From Eledone cirrhosa (Eukaryota), in NCBI GenBank assembly GCA_964016885.1, contig OZ024753.1:27280001-27344000 (forward strand): 64,000 bases of DNA. The letters are read 5' to 3'. The stretch's first letter is position 1. Every line of letters begins with the position of its first letter. The notes under the pieces were generated by a model. The model was not told where the DNA came from and did not search any database. It was given only the letters and a program-made list of their open reading frames with translations. Both the position numbers and the translations under genes were made by a program. This document shows, in pieces, positions 26,023 through 40,057 of the stretch.

Positions 26023-26889
26023 TAAAAAATTAATGAATAAAACAATGAAACAGTTCCTTATATTAAACAAAAAAAGTTCATTATTTAACGATCGTTTCTA
26101 GGATATATATGTGTTAGAATTGGCATGCATATTCAACAGATCTATGTACAAAATTATACAAAATTATACAAACTATCAAAATTAAATATACATACCCAAC
26201 ACATATATATGCCGTCTTCAGAAATAATGAAATATATTTATTGATAATAACAACAATTCAAAATTTCAGGTCCGTTTGGGAACAGAGTTCAAATTGACCA
26301 ATGAAAATACAAAAAATTTTATGCAGTTTGGTGTGTGTATATACATGTAATTAACTTCATACACATATTTACATAAAGATATATGTTCACATGCATACGC
26401 ATGCCAAAAAGATGTATGCAAATACAAAAATTCAAGGCTAATGTCTCTGTAAGTCTATAATCCAAAGATAAAATGCGTATAGACACATAAATATGAAATA
26501 TATGTATACACACATTCATATACTCACACATATTCGTACACTCACACCCACACGCGCGTATATGCATAAACATACACATAACTACGAACATACATACGCA
26601 CACACACCCCCACACACATATATATGTGCATATAGTATTATCATAAGCATATGGACATTAATGCACGCACATAAACACTGCCACACATATTTAGATCAGG
26701 ATACAGAAATTAGGTGGGAGGGGGGGAGAGGTCAGTATTCAACGGTTTCGGCAGGCTGCCTATTTATAGATGTATCTATAAACTTAGAAATAAAAAGAAA
26801 AGAAAAAGAAAAAAGAAAAAAGAAATATATCAAGAAAATATATATATATATATATATATACATCCACACATACACACACACACACACAC

Positions 26890-26934
<45 letters not shown>

Positions 26935-27284
26935 TACACACATATATATATATACATACACATACATATACACATATATACACACACATATATACACACA
27001 CATGTATATATATATATACACACATATATATACACACACATATATATACAAACAAGTAAAATATAAAGTATACATCGATATACATACATATAGACATATA
27101 AATAAATACACACGCATACACACACATACATATACATACATATACATACACATATATATAAACACATACATACACATACATATACATACACATACCATAT
27201 AAATACACATACACATACATAGACGCATACATATAGAGACACATACATATACACATATAATTACATAGACACATACACACATAA

Positions 27285-27327
<43 letters not shown>

Positions 27328-27368
27328 CACACATATACACATGCACGCATACATATATATATATATAT

Positions 27369-27439
<71 letters not shown>

Positions 27440-27495
27440 TATATACACTCACAACACTCGTATATATATACACACTCATACATATACACACGCAT

Positions 27496-27570
<75 letters not shown>

Positions 27571-27722
27571 CATATATATACAGTCACACCTACATACATA
27601 TATATATATATAAATACACTCATATATATACACACATACACATACATACCCACATATAAATATATATATATACATAAATATATATATATATATACACACA
27701 TACACACATACACATACACACA

Positions 27723-27784
<62 letters not shown>

Positions 27785-27927
27785 CACATACATACACATA
27801 CACACACATATACACACATACATATATATTCACACACACACACCTACACATACATACACATACACATATATAAAGATATATATACACACACACAAAGACA
27901 CACATACATATATATATCTATATATAC

Positions 27928-27990
<63 letters not shown>

Positions 27991-28481
27991 TATACATACA
28001 TACACATACACTCACACATATATAGACATGCACACACATACAAACATACATACATACACATACACATACATATATATTAAAAAAAAAAAAAAAAAAAAGT
28101 TAATACACACAGTCAGACAAATATGCACACACATACATATACATATATGTATATATATATATATACACACACACACACATACACACACACACATACATAT
28201 ATATACATACATACATACACACACATATATATACATACATATACACACATCAACTACAAATATACAATATATATATATATATATATATATACAAACAAAT
28301 AACGAAACGAAATTAAATTTCGTTTCGTTTGTAACTCACTTTTGTATGACTGACATCTTTAACTTAATGTACATCTTTAACTTGTATGTACATCTTTAAC
28401 TTAATTATATATATATATACACACACATATACATATTTTCACATATATATATATACATACATATATTATATTATAATAATA

Positions 28482-28544
<63 letters not shown>

Positions 28545-28775
28545 TACATATATATACACACACACACACTCACATATATATGCGCACATACGTACACATA
28601 TACACATACACACATATACACATAGACATATACATGTGCATACATGTACATACACACATATACCCACATAGATACAAAGATACACATATATATAGAGAGA
28701 CATGCATATACATACACATATATACACACACATACATACTCACATACATATATATACATACACACATACACACAC

Positions 28776-28830
<55 letters not shown>

Positions 28831-30980
28831 TATACACACAATCATACACCCTTATTTGTATGCGCATATATGTATTTTTATACTTACAAATAAACACCCA
28901 AACATATATACACCTACCTACATATACATACATACATACACGCTTACAAATACAAATAATAATAGTAGGGGGGGGAAGGGGGGGGAGGGGGGGGAGAAGG
29001 GGATTATAGTAAATATATGTTTCAAGAAACATAGAATATTAATCTGTATTTGGATCTCAATATGTGTTTACATAGTTTCAGTATTAGGAAATGCAAGAAA
29101 GAAGGCAAAATTATGCATTTCAATATAAGTATACCATTAATTATAGGTTAACTAAACTAAAGATAGTTAATATATTGATTTCTAAGGTGTAAATTACTTA
29201 GGTTTATAATATTTGAAGCAGAATTTTGAAGTTAAATAGTAGTAGAGTATTAATTATAGTATAACTAAATTAAAATTATTAACGTTATGGTATCAATATT
29301 AGGAAATGAATTTAGTAATAGGGAAAAAACAAATAAAGTATTAATTTAAAGTATTAATTATATATTAATTTCTATAGTATATGTTAATTAGGTATATAAT
29401 AAATAAAACAGATATTGTATTTTATCAATAGTAGAATATAATTATATGTAAACAGAAATTAAAATTATTACATACACATATACATATACATACATATATA
29501 TATATACACATATATATACATACATACACATACACATATATACATACATATACATATTTTTTCAAAAATTGCAAAGAATATATTAACTAGGTATACATCC
29601 AAAACCCATCCCATTCTATGATTACATGACTCTCTGCAATCCGTCTGTATTAGGATACTAATTTTAAGCCAATTAAATTAAATTTTTAGGTTGACCAAAT
29701 TTAAAACCAAATTATAAATATATTTCTAAAATGTATATTAATTAGGTCTATAATACTAAAAATTATTTCTCTGTCATTGAATACACGATATTTTGTTATA
29801 TTTTATCTGTAAAGGAATTTTAATAAAGGGTTAAATAAATTAAAATTAATCTATAAATTAAAATACTAAGTATATATTAGTAATATTTAAAGGTTTTTCA
29901 CAATTTATGATTACACAATATTTTATATTCTCATCTGTAGTAGAATTTTAATTAAATTAAATTTATAGGTTAACTAACATTTAAATTAAATTATATATTA
30001 ATTTCTAAAATAATGTTATTAATTAGGTTTATAATATTTAAATGTTTTTTTTTAGTTTATGATTACACGATATAATTAATTCCTGTCGTTTATTTAATAA
30101 GATATCCTTAGATTTCATTATTTCAAATAGTTCTTGGGAACATAATCTACATTCATTTCTATTATTTTGATAAGGGGTGGCTCTTTTGAGCACACTCCAG
30201 GTCAAATCATATTCTATATTCTTATTTTTATAACTATTGATTTTTTCTGCTAGAGATGTTGTATTAGCCAGTGCGGCATTTTTAAAACTATGTTTGTGGG
30301 TATTAAACCTTGTCTTAAAATTGTTAGAAGTAGCTCCTATATATGAGCAAATAGAATCTTTAGTTTTAACATTACATTTATAAACTATGTTGTTAACAGT
30401 GTACGAATATGTGAGTGTACGAATATGTGAGTGTACGAATATGTGAGTGTACGAATATGTGAGTGTACGAATATGTGTGAGTATATGAATGTGTGTATAC
30501 ATTTATTTCATATTTATGTGTCTATACGCATTTTATCTGTGGATTATAGACTTACAGAGACATTAGCCTTGAATTTTTGTATTTGCATACATCTTTTTGG
30601 CATGCGTATGCATGTGAACATATATCTTTATGTAAATATGTGTATGAAGTTAATTACATGTATATACACACACCAAACTGCATAAAATTTTTTGTATTTT
30701 CATTGGTCAATTTGAACTCTGTTCCCAAACGGACCTGAAATTTTGAATTGTTGTTATTATCAATAAATATATTTCATTATTTCTGAAGACGGCATATATA
30801 TGTGTTGGGTATGTATATTTAATTTTGATAGTTTGTATAATTTTTTATAATAGATCTGTTGAATATGCATGCCAATTCTAACACATATATATCCTAGAAA
30901 CGATCGTTAAATAATGAACTTTTTTTGTTTAATATAAGGAACTGTTTCATTGTTTTATTCATTATTTTTTTAATATTTTA
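26015..30980 (-). mobile_element. 5'-truncated Penelope-like element: GIY-YIG remnant, microsatellite-rich 3' region, inverted pseudo-LTRs
   Basis: 30038-30400: IVYKCNV...YIGATSNNFKTRFNTHKHSF...CRLC...LLNKR...CNH; 26015-26545 and 30460-30980 are near-identical inverted repeats. Confidence 0.82.
30774..30917 (+). ncRNA. Hammerhead ribozyme with extended stem II (mirror copy 26078-26230 -)
   Basis: TCATTATTT-CTGAAGA-long stem II (ATATATGTGTT/AACACATATAT)-GAAAC-GATC-GTT-AAATAATGA; perfect 9-bp stem I. Confidence 0.72.
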
Positions 30981-31112
30981 TCTTGACTCTGTATTCCGTT
31001 TATCTTTCACCGAAAGTGATTTTTCATTGCATCTCTTCTTTCCATGATATCCGGATTACATTGAGTTCTTCATACGGATTGGACACTACCGTAAACTCTT
31101 GGTAGATTTATC

Positions 31113-31156
<44 letters not shown>

Positions 31157-31402
31157 TATATACACACACACATACATACACAAAAATTAAAATGTATATA
31201 CAAAAGCACACTCTTGTACATCCGAGGATATGCAACAGACGAAAGATTTAAAGATTTTAAAAAATGTATACATAAACGTTTTCCCCCAAAACCTTACGTT
31301 CTATTTTCCCCCGTTATTTTATTTTATATTATATATATCAGCCTCACTTTCAATTGTTTTAGCCTTTGTTTTTAAATTCATATCTTACGTCCATATTAAA
31401 AT

Positions 31403-31480
31403 TTTTTTATTCTGATGAGCGATTTCAGACGTCTGTGTCGAGCTCGTCTGTCTTCGTGAAACCTTTGGTAAATGGAATAA
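31403..31480 (+). ncRNA. Type I hammerhead ribozyme
   Basis: TTTTATT-CTGATGA-GCGA..CAGACG..CGTCTG..TCGT-GAAACC-TTT-GGTA-AATGGAA. Confidence 0.7.
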
Positions 31481-31506
31481 TTGTTTTATGTTGTTTATTA
31501 CATAAT

Positions 31507-31537
<31 letters not shown>

Positions 31538-31880
31538 ATGTATTCACACATACACACACGTACACAGTATTTGGATAGCAGTTGACTCTATTGAGTTTCT
31601 CCGCCCTGTTCATACATACATACATGCATACATACATATCCAAGATATACCTTTAGCGTCATACCTATCATGTAAATTCACATTGATCAACTCGCTATAC
31701 AATTGTAAATCACATGATAATGACGTAGTCACGAGAAGAATTTATAAATTTAAGTGTATTTATATAGACCACAGCTAATTATCAATTTCTATTTCTTTAC
31801 GGGAACCTGTTCAGACCACGTCTAATATACTTTGAAAGCTATCAATCTCTCTCGAGTAAAAGTACTATACTGGTGTCATA

Positions 31881-32132
31881 ATGTTATACCTTCTTGTATT
31901 TACTCTCTTCTCTCCTGCTTTGTGTACCTTGGCGGATGATTATTTCCACTCTCTTTATCTGGATCCCAACAAAACTTATCATCTTTCATGGAAATTTAAT
32001 GAAACTCACATACAATTCCACACTGAAGTGAAAGCCCTGGGTTATGTAGCACTAGGGTTGTCAATGGATGGAAGTTTGAAAAATGCCGATGTTTTCGTTG
32101 CTGAAGTTTCTGGCGATCAAGCTAGTTCTTCG
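31881..32132 (+). CDS. MOXD1/DBH-like copy B exon 1 (signal peptide + DOMON)
   Basis: MLYLLVFTLFSPALCTLA...YHLSWKF...GYVALGLSMDGSLKNADVFVA...|gtaagt; DOMON GxVxxGxSxxGxxxxAD signature. Confidence 0.9.
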
Positions 32133-32378
32133 GTAAGTTAAGTCATTTCACATCAACCCGAATTTAATTGAATTGTTATAAACAAAATGCATTGAATTGA
32201 TTTTTATTAACCTTTTAGATGTATTGCATTGTTAGCATTAACATACAAAATAACACCTTACTTTGTACATAATATAGAGAGGGGGGGGGGGGCTGAGAGG
32301 GAGAGAGCAGTATTTTCACCCACCTGTGCATAACACATACATATATATGGCCATTTGCCGTGCACAAGTACAAATACC

Positions 32379-32456
<78 letters not shown>

Positions 32457-33179
32457 TATATATAAATATGCCTGTTCATACCATATAAATGCATACACAT
32501 ATGTACGTGCTATAATAATACATCTATACAAAAAACTAAAAAAAATAACTGGGTAGAGGAGATGGTAAACTTGTCTGTACACATGCCCATGGAAATATAG
32601 TATGTAAAAGGAAACTTATAAGGTCTGATTAGGGTTTGATGACTTGGTGTTGTGGTTCTTCCTTCTAATAATAGCTCATATAATGTGTACTAAATAAATG
32701 ATCATAAAGTGTGTATACTCATACAGTAGCAGGTGGGCATCTATCGATATTTAATTGCCTCCACAAACCAGGAACCACGACCATTGCTATTTTCATCTAC
32801 ATATATAAAAAGACAATAACAGGCCAAAGGCGTTTAACGCCATGGGCGCTTAAAATCTGGCGGAGCCCATACATCACCAGGTCAGAACGCAGTTAATCTT
32901 TTCCAGAGGAAGAAACAATGGGAGAGACGGAGGGAGGAAGACTTTACCCTAGTACTCGACTTGTAATTTATTTATCAACCTCGAAAGGGGGTGGAAGGCA
33001 AGTTTTAACTTGGAACGTAATGAACCGGAACAAACCCAAGCCATTTTTAATCCGTCACTCTAACGACTCTGCCAATTCGCCGTCTTATCTACACATGTAA
33101 TATAGGAATAATTTTAATAAAAAACACACAATTTTCATATTATACACTTAGATATATATATTTGTTCATCTTATTTCAG

Positions 33180-33323
33180 AACTACTATGGTGATGCTAAT
33201 GGGAAACTGAAGAAAGAAGACCCCAGTAAATGGCATCTAATGTATTTCAATGAAACTGATACGAAGACAATATTGACGTTCTCTAGAAAAATCTCTGGAC
33301 CAAATATGATGATAAACATTACA
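33180..33323 (+). CDS. MOXD1/DBH-like copy B exon 2
   Basis: tttcag|NYYGDANGKLKKEDPSKWHLMYFNETDTKTILTFSRKISGPNMMINIT|gtaagt. Confidence 0.88.
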
Positions 33324-34458
33324 GTAAGTATTATATTTTATACAAATATATAAGCCAAAGGCATGGCTTAAAATGAATTATGTATGTGTTGATATACTGA
33401 ATAATGAGAATGGAAACCAAAATCTCATGACATTCGTTAGCAACACAAAACTAAAAGTATGGTAAAATTTAAGGTTCATGCTTCAGCCCATTATTAAAGA
33501 TCCCATTTCATCTCCAGTTTGAGAAGTACCTTTTTAATGTGGTATATATTGTCTATTTTATAAATAAAAAATTAAAAAACAAATCTATTTCAAATAACAA
33601 AAACAACACTACAGGTATTTAAAAACGGAAATTGAAGGGAAAGGCAAGGGCTCTGGGGTCACATAAGAATGGGAAGGTGAGGGGCTGTAGGCCTAGTGCG
33701 CGTCGGTGTTGGGGCTGCGCCCCGCGGACAATACCGCAAAACCATTTCCGCGGAAATTAGTTTTTAATTTCTTGGTAATGTCAGGTTTCCTACTATTTCT
33801 TTTCATTTGTGGATTGTTCCCCAGTTGCTGGGCCTCCATTCTATTTGTTACTATTTTATCTTGATAATATTTTCCTTCTAATTTCTGAGTTATTACCGAT
33901 TAATTATATGAGTTAGTTTACTATCCTCAACAAACTGACACATTTCAATCCATGAAGCATTCTGCGTACGACAATCAGTGCATCCACACCAACGTGTATT
34001 TAAATTTCATTCCTTATTGCAAGAACATACCATAAATGATTAATTTCTGTTATATTTCTGCTGCATGATTTCAAGTATCTGTATTGCGTACTTTTTCTTT
34101 TATTGCTGTTTTATTTATAATTTAATAGAATCTATAGTGCATCGAACAACATATATCTTGGTGTTTAGTTACAGCCTTTTGCTTTCTCACATGCCGTTCC
34201 ATTTTTTTATACTTTATTTGAAATATATTTCAAATGCTATTTTATTTCTTGCGTTTCGAGTGATGGTAGAAACAAGACTTAGAAGCTATTTTTACCGGAC
34301 GAACTACCGCAAGTTCTCTTACGTTAAAATTGTTGTCCACGTTGATTTTGATGTGGTTTATTTTGATGTTATTAATGTAATGGTGCTGTTGATGAGGTTG
34401 TTGTTGTTGATGATGATGACGATGATGATGATGAGTTTTTTTTTATTGTCTTTTGCAG

Positions 34459-34617
34459 CAAAACACAATGAGAGTACTGTGGGGCTGGAGCGAGAAAGAT
34501 GTTATAAGTGTCAATTTCAAACCGAATGGCGTAAGAAGTCTGTATCTGCTTCAAGTAAAACTGCCAGATCCCGTTAAGACGAACGATACAATGGACATAG
34601 GATTTAGAATGAATAAT
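34459..34617 (+). CDS. MOXD1/DBH-like copy B exon 3 (no exon 4 found downstream in the window)
   Basis: ttgcag|QNTMRVLWGWSEKDVISVNFKPNGVRSLYLLQVKLPDPVKTNDTMDIGFRMNN|gtaaga. Confidence 0.88.
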
Positions 34618-35734
34618 GTAAGAAGATTTTATTATCTCTTTGTTGTACATATTCCAAATCAGGTTGTGTTCTTGATCAAAGCACTTCATTTCACGTTGCT
34701 CGAGTTCACGCAGCTTAAAATGAATACCAGTAGCAACTGGCAGTTCATACTTCAACGGTCTGTACTCCCAGTCTCTTAACACTCATGGAAACGGGATAAG
34801 CTCTACACTTCATCCAACCCTTGCAAACATGAAAACACGAACGCAAAACTCTAGTTCTATCTCTACTACTGATTCTTTCTGCAATGTTATTGTAGACGAT
34901 GAAGAAAATTGTAAATGTATATATATATATGTGTAACGGAATATTATGTGTGGTTGTAACGATAAGTGGATGGATGTAACTGTTGGTATGGTGGTTTCGA
35001 TGTAAAGCAATACCAGGATTGTGTTGTTACAAAGTTTATTTTATTATAACAATATTCAATTTGAATATTGAATGATAAAATCAATAACACAAAATATTCA
35101 TACAATAATTTGGTGGCTCTTCGAGCCACGTAAATTCAAGTATCACAGAATACGATTATAATATAATTTGTGCTGTATCAGAAAGATACATAAACAGAAA
35201 TGGTGCGTGTAAAAATACAAACAGTGTGACTCACTATGATGCGGGTGTGCGTATCAGTATATTTGCTTGTTTTAGTAGTAGGAGTCAGCGATCAGCCAGG
35301 AAGGTGAGAATAAGGGGCAGACTGGTTTTTCGTGACGAGAGCTTGTAAATGCGACTTGTCTTGTCTGTATATCACCCCTTTTCTGTCGGTGCGTAAACAA
35401 CCCCTGTATTTATAAAAGTTGAAGTTAGAAGGTTAGATATATCCTCTGAACTTCGGTTAGTCTCCCAAGGGATTAGTTTGCCAAGCGTAAACAAGTCAGA
35501 AAGATGGATATATCCTCTGACTTATTTTCTGTCAGGCGTAAACACCTCTGACCTGTGTTTAGCTTCTCCCAAGGGGTTAGTATCTTGAGCGTAAACAACT
35601 TACCACGGCTTGTCCCAGAGGCGGGAAAGCTCAGATTCGGTTTCGAATCTTCGCCGCCGTTATATATATATATATATATATAGTTTTCTTCATCGTAGAC
35701 TAATATATTGTAGACTAATATATATATATTATAC

Positions 35735-36059
35735 ATTGCAAGACGCGAACATCAGCTTCTCCACACACTGGAATATTGTCAGTAGGGCTGCACCCTACAA
35801 CTTCAGAGGGAAATGCCAGCTCTGCCTCATGGAGCTGTACTAAATCATAAGAACACCCTAGGATCTCTTAAACAGCCGAGCAGAATCAGTTATTAATTGT
35901 AAACACCGGGTACAGGCGTCGTATTTTGCCTGGGAGGCGACTGTGACATGAAAACTACGAACTGGGTCTTCCTGCCCGAACCATAACATCCCGGTGGGCA
36001 CGGAGTATGAACAAACGTATGTGAACCTAATGAATACCGCAGACCATACTCGAACAAAC
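35735..36059 (+). mobile_element. Penelope-like GIY-YIG C-terminal remnant, interrupted by the Gypsy element and continuing at 40326-40850
   Basis: WNIVSRAAPYNFRGKCQLCLMELY*II...LLNSRAE...CKH parallels the C-terminus of ORF 50286-52523. Confidence 0.7.
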
Positions 36060-36496
36060 TGTGGGTATGGTGTGGCGTGCGGTGGCCGGAGGCGGGGGAG
36101 TGCTCGACCGGAAGGGTGTGTGGCGTGCGGTGGCCGAAGGCGGGGGAGTGCTCGACCGGAAGGGTGTGTGGCGTGCGGTGGCCGAAGGCGGGGGAGTGCT
36201 CGACCGGAAGGGTCTTTTGGCCGGAAGGATGCTCGACCGGAAGGGCCAGCAGAGGGCCTCTCTTTAGTGGTGACCAGCACACGTTGTGGACGCGAGTTTT
36301 GGGCAGCTCCCGGTGTTAAGCAGTTGGACGCACGTGGAAGAGGAGTAACCTGCAGTGGACTTTAGCGGCGCCTGTGAAAAGCGGTAAGTGAGATAGCTTT
36401 TTCTAACCACAAGCTATTTCGGCGACTGGAAAAAACAAAAAATACAACAAAAAAAAACAAAAAAAAAAAAACACTTGCCGCAAGACAAATCAGAAG

Positions 36497-37258
36497 ATGG
36501 CGACAAGACTACGGATGAACGAAGCTATCAGGGCATTCACTGGGGAAGGTGATGTTGTCGCTTGGCTGCGGAAGGTTCGGCTGGTCGCAAGCTTGCAGAA
36601 GATAGAGGACGTGGCCGGCCTCATGGCATTGTACCTCGAGGGCGACGCGCTGGTACTCTTCCTTGAGTTGGACGAGCACAGCCAAAGAGATGTGCAGAAG
36701 ATTGAGAGGCGTCTGATGGATGCATTCGCCGAGGGACCGTTGGCGGCTTTTGCTAAGCTGGCGAGAATCAGGTGGAATGGTGAGCGCGTCGACATTTTCG
36801 CAGCGGAAATAAGGCGGTTGGCTATGTTGGCCGGTTACCAGGCGGAATGCGAACGCACGGTGCGGTTGGCGTTCATCAATGGATTTCCGGACGACATAGC
36901 GGTGAAACTGCAGCAAGTCCCGGGTTATAAAGAGATGGAAATGCGTTCACTGGTGGAACAAGCCCGGATCATAGCGGAAGATGCCAAAAAGAGTGTTGCG
37001 GCGATAGCAACTACGGAGGCTCAAGACACCTGGCAGCGAAATGGTGAAAGGGAGGCAACCTCGGCACGCGGCCGTCCGCGTGCGTTTAAGGGGCGCTGTT
37101 TTCGGTGGCAGGGCCCGCATATGGCTAGAGACTGTAGAGAGTCGAAGCCGGAGATAATTTGCTACCGGTGTAAGCGACCAGGCCACATCGTTACTAACTG
37201 CGACCAGGGAAACGATCCAAGGGGAACTACTGCGCCGGTAGTTGCCCCTTACGAGTAG
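36497..37258 (+). CDS. gag: Gypsy Gag with two zinc knuckles (first degenerate)
   Basis: CFRWQGPHMARDC and CYRCKRPGHIVTNC; slippery GGGAAAC at 37207-37213 implies a -1 frameshift into pol. Confidence 0.9.
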   Translation: MATRLRMNEAIRAFTGEGDVVAWLRKVRLVASLQKIEDVAGLMALYLEGDALVLFLELDEHSQRDVQKIERRLMDAFAEGPLAAFAKLARIRWNGERVDIFAAEIRRLAMLAGYQAECERTVRLAFINGFPDDIAVKLQQVPGYKEMEMRSLVEQARIIAEDAKKSVAAIATTEAQDTWQRNGEREATSARGRPRAFKGRCFRWQGPHMARDCRESKPEIICYRCKRPGHIVTNCDQGNDPRGTTAPVVAPYE

Positions 37259-37269
37259 CGGCGCATCCT

Positions 37270-40057
37270 GTGGTGGAAGTCTTCGTGAGGGGGAAGCCAC
37301 AGCGAGCCCTCGTGGATACGGGCTGTACGACGACACTGGTGACCGCGGGGGTGGCGCAGAGGTGGGGAGGGAAGAGCAGCGTAAGGGCAGTCGACGGCAG
37401 GAAAATTGAATGCCGAGGTCGCAGCGAGATGGAAATAGCGGTACGGGGAAGGAGGATAAGGCTTTCCGCCATCGTGGTAGACAGTGTGGTGGATGGGATC
37501 GGCGTGGTTATGAGCCTGGACGCGATTGGCCGTCTAGGGGGCGTCACGGTGAACAATGTCGGTGTGTCGTTTGGCGCCGCTGCATCGGTATGCGCTGTGA
37601 GTGCACGTCATGAGAACCAGGAGGCCCACGAGGAGGAATACCCCGCTTACACTGTACAGGACAAAGACTTCAAGGCCGTGTTTGATTGGCAGCGATGGGT
37701 TGTTGAGTGGTACTGGAAGGGAGAACCACCAACACTGAAGACCAAAATGGGCTGCTATCAACACACATTGAAGGGAAACGCTAGGAGCGAGTTCGAGCGA
37801 GAAGTAGAGAGATGGATCGAAGAGGGCATACTGCTTCCCTGGAAGGAGGAGGTGAAGTGCGGAGTATTGCCGTTGATGGGGGTGGTGCAACCCACGAAGA
37901 GCAAGGTGAGGCCGGTGCTGGACTATCGGGAGCTGAACGAGCACGTGTCATGCCACACGGGTGGCGAGGTCACGGATGTCTGTGGGGAAACCCTGCGTGA
38001 GTGGAGACGCATGACGGGGCGTTCAGCGATCGTGGATCTAAAGTCGGCTTACTTGCAGTTGCATATAGATGAGAAGCTCTGGCGGTATCAGCTGGTCAGG
38101 TATAAGGGCCGGACATATTGCCTGACCAGGCTCGGTTTCGGGCTGAGCTCCGCACCGAAGATCATGGCGGCGGTCCTCAAGACCGCTCTGGGGAGGGCCG
38201 ACAAGATAAAGAGGGCTACTAACTCCTATATTGACGACATCCTAGTGGACGAGTCGGTGGTGTCGACGGCGGAGGTCACGAGCCATTTGCGGAGGTATGG
38301 ACTGACTGCGAAGCCATCAGAAGCATTGGAGGGAGGAGCCGCGCTGGGACTTAGGCTACGGCGTTTTGGTGTTCCAGAGGGGAAACGAAGTTCCGGAACT
38401 GGGCCCAAGTATGAATAGGCGGGAGCTTTTCTCGGTGTGTGGAAAGCTGGTGGGTCACTACCCGATCGCTGGGTGGCTCCGGACGGCATGCAGCTATGTC
38501 AAGAGACGAGCGGGAGGGGTGACTTGGAGTGACAGAGTGGGAGAGAGGACGGTGGCCATGATGCAGGAGATCGTGGGGAGGGTGAAGGCCGACGACCCAG
38601 TGTGGGGACGCTGGTACGTTCCCAAATCACAGAGCGGGACCGTATGGTGCGATGCCAGCAGCATAGCGCTGGGTGTCACGTTGGAGATAGGCGGTGTTGG
38701 TGTCGAGGATGCAGCCTGGCTTAGAAAGAAGGACGACTGCAGCCACATCAATGTGGCCGAGCTGGACGCGGTGTTGAGAGGGGTGAACCTCGCCCTGCGG
38801 TGGGGGCTGCGCACCATCGAGATACGCACCGACTCGGCTACTGTACTCGGATGGGTAAGATCAGTGCTCACCAGTGAGAAGAGAGTGCGAACGAGAGGCG
38901 CGGCGGAGATGCTGATAAAGCGCCGCCTGGGAACGTTAGGAGAGCTGGCCACCGAGTTCGACCTGAAGCTGAGCGTAGTGTTCGTGCCCTCAGAGAAAAA
39001 TAGGGCGGACATCTTAACTAGAGTGAAGAAAGCCTGGATGGAAGCGCCGGAGGAGGTAGAGGATGAGATAGCTGCCGTGTGTCGGCTGACCGAGTTAGAC
39101 CTGAAGGGGTTGCATGACATGCACCACATGGGGGTGGATAGGAGCCTGATCCTAGCCAGGAGAATCGACTCGGACGTTAGCAGACATAGTGTTCGGGGGG
39201 TGGTTAGAGGCTGCGTCCGATGTCAGTCCATTGATCCCGCCCCGGGTGTACACGAAACGGGAAGCCTCCCGGTGGATCGCGACTGGAAGCGATTAGCGGT
39301 GGATGTGACACACTACCGGCAGGGAACGTACCTCTCGATGGTCGACTGTGGACCAGGTCGAATGGTGATATGGAGGGAGATGAAGACTGGAACGGCCGAG
39401 GAAATCGTGCGGACGTTCTTGAAGCGGGGCCCTGTGGACGAACTGCTGATGGACAACAGCGCGGCGTTCCGCTCGGAGGCACTGAGGGAGATGCTCGATG
39501 GATGGAAGGTGGACCGTTTCTTCAGAGCGGCGCACAGGCCGAGCAGGAATGGAATCGTGGAGCGACACCACCGGACGATCAAGGCAATGGCGGAGCGGGG
39601 CCATATCTCACCAATGGAGGCAGTGTTCTGGTACAATATGTCCCCTCGGGTTGGACAGGTCGAGGAATCGGTGCCACACAGAGCAGTATTCAAATACGAG
39701 TGGCGGTACCCGTGCACGCCACCACAACGGCCAGTGGGGAGAGAGAGTGCATTCGTGCAGGTGGGCGAAGAAGTCTGGGTTAAGCCCCCAGATGCACGTT
39801 GCACATCTCAATGGGGAAGGGGAACGGTGACGGCTGTAAATTCAAAGAACAATGTGTCCGTGGACGGGGTACCACGTCATGTCCTGGATGTAAGAAGAAT
39901 CACTGTGTCGACGGACTCCGAGGAAGAGGAAACCCAAGATGAGGTGGAAACCCAGAGCCCTGCCCCAATGCTACGAAGATCGCAACGGAGTCGTAGACAA
40001 CCGACCTGGACAGCAGACTTTCATATGCAGAGGGACGAGGGGGAAATTGATCCTTGA
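37270..40057 (+). pseudogene. pol: Gypsy Pol (protease, RT, RNase H, integrase), split by a frameshift near 38360-38420
   Basis: ALVDTGC; VDLKSAYLQ, FGL, YIDD; WCDAS...AEL...RTDS...NRAD; HHCC; VDVT...MDNS...NGIVER. Confidence 0.9.

Noticed and set aside
26493-29128. Many long YI/HT/CV-rich ORFs (also 42-50 kb and 53-57 kb)
   Set aside because: Translations of (TA)n/(CA)n microsatellites, which lack stops in some frames; not genes.
31741-31749. TATA-like TTTATAAAT ~130 bp upstream of the copy B ATG
   Set aside because: Too common in AT-rich DNA to support without TSS data.
36490-39830. Antisense and overlapping ORFs within the Gypsy element and its mirror
   Set aside because: Shadow ORFs of GC-rich gag/pol with no recognisable motifs.
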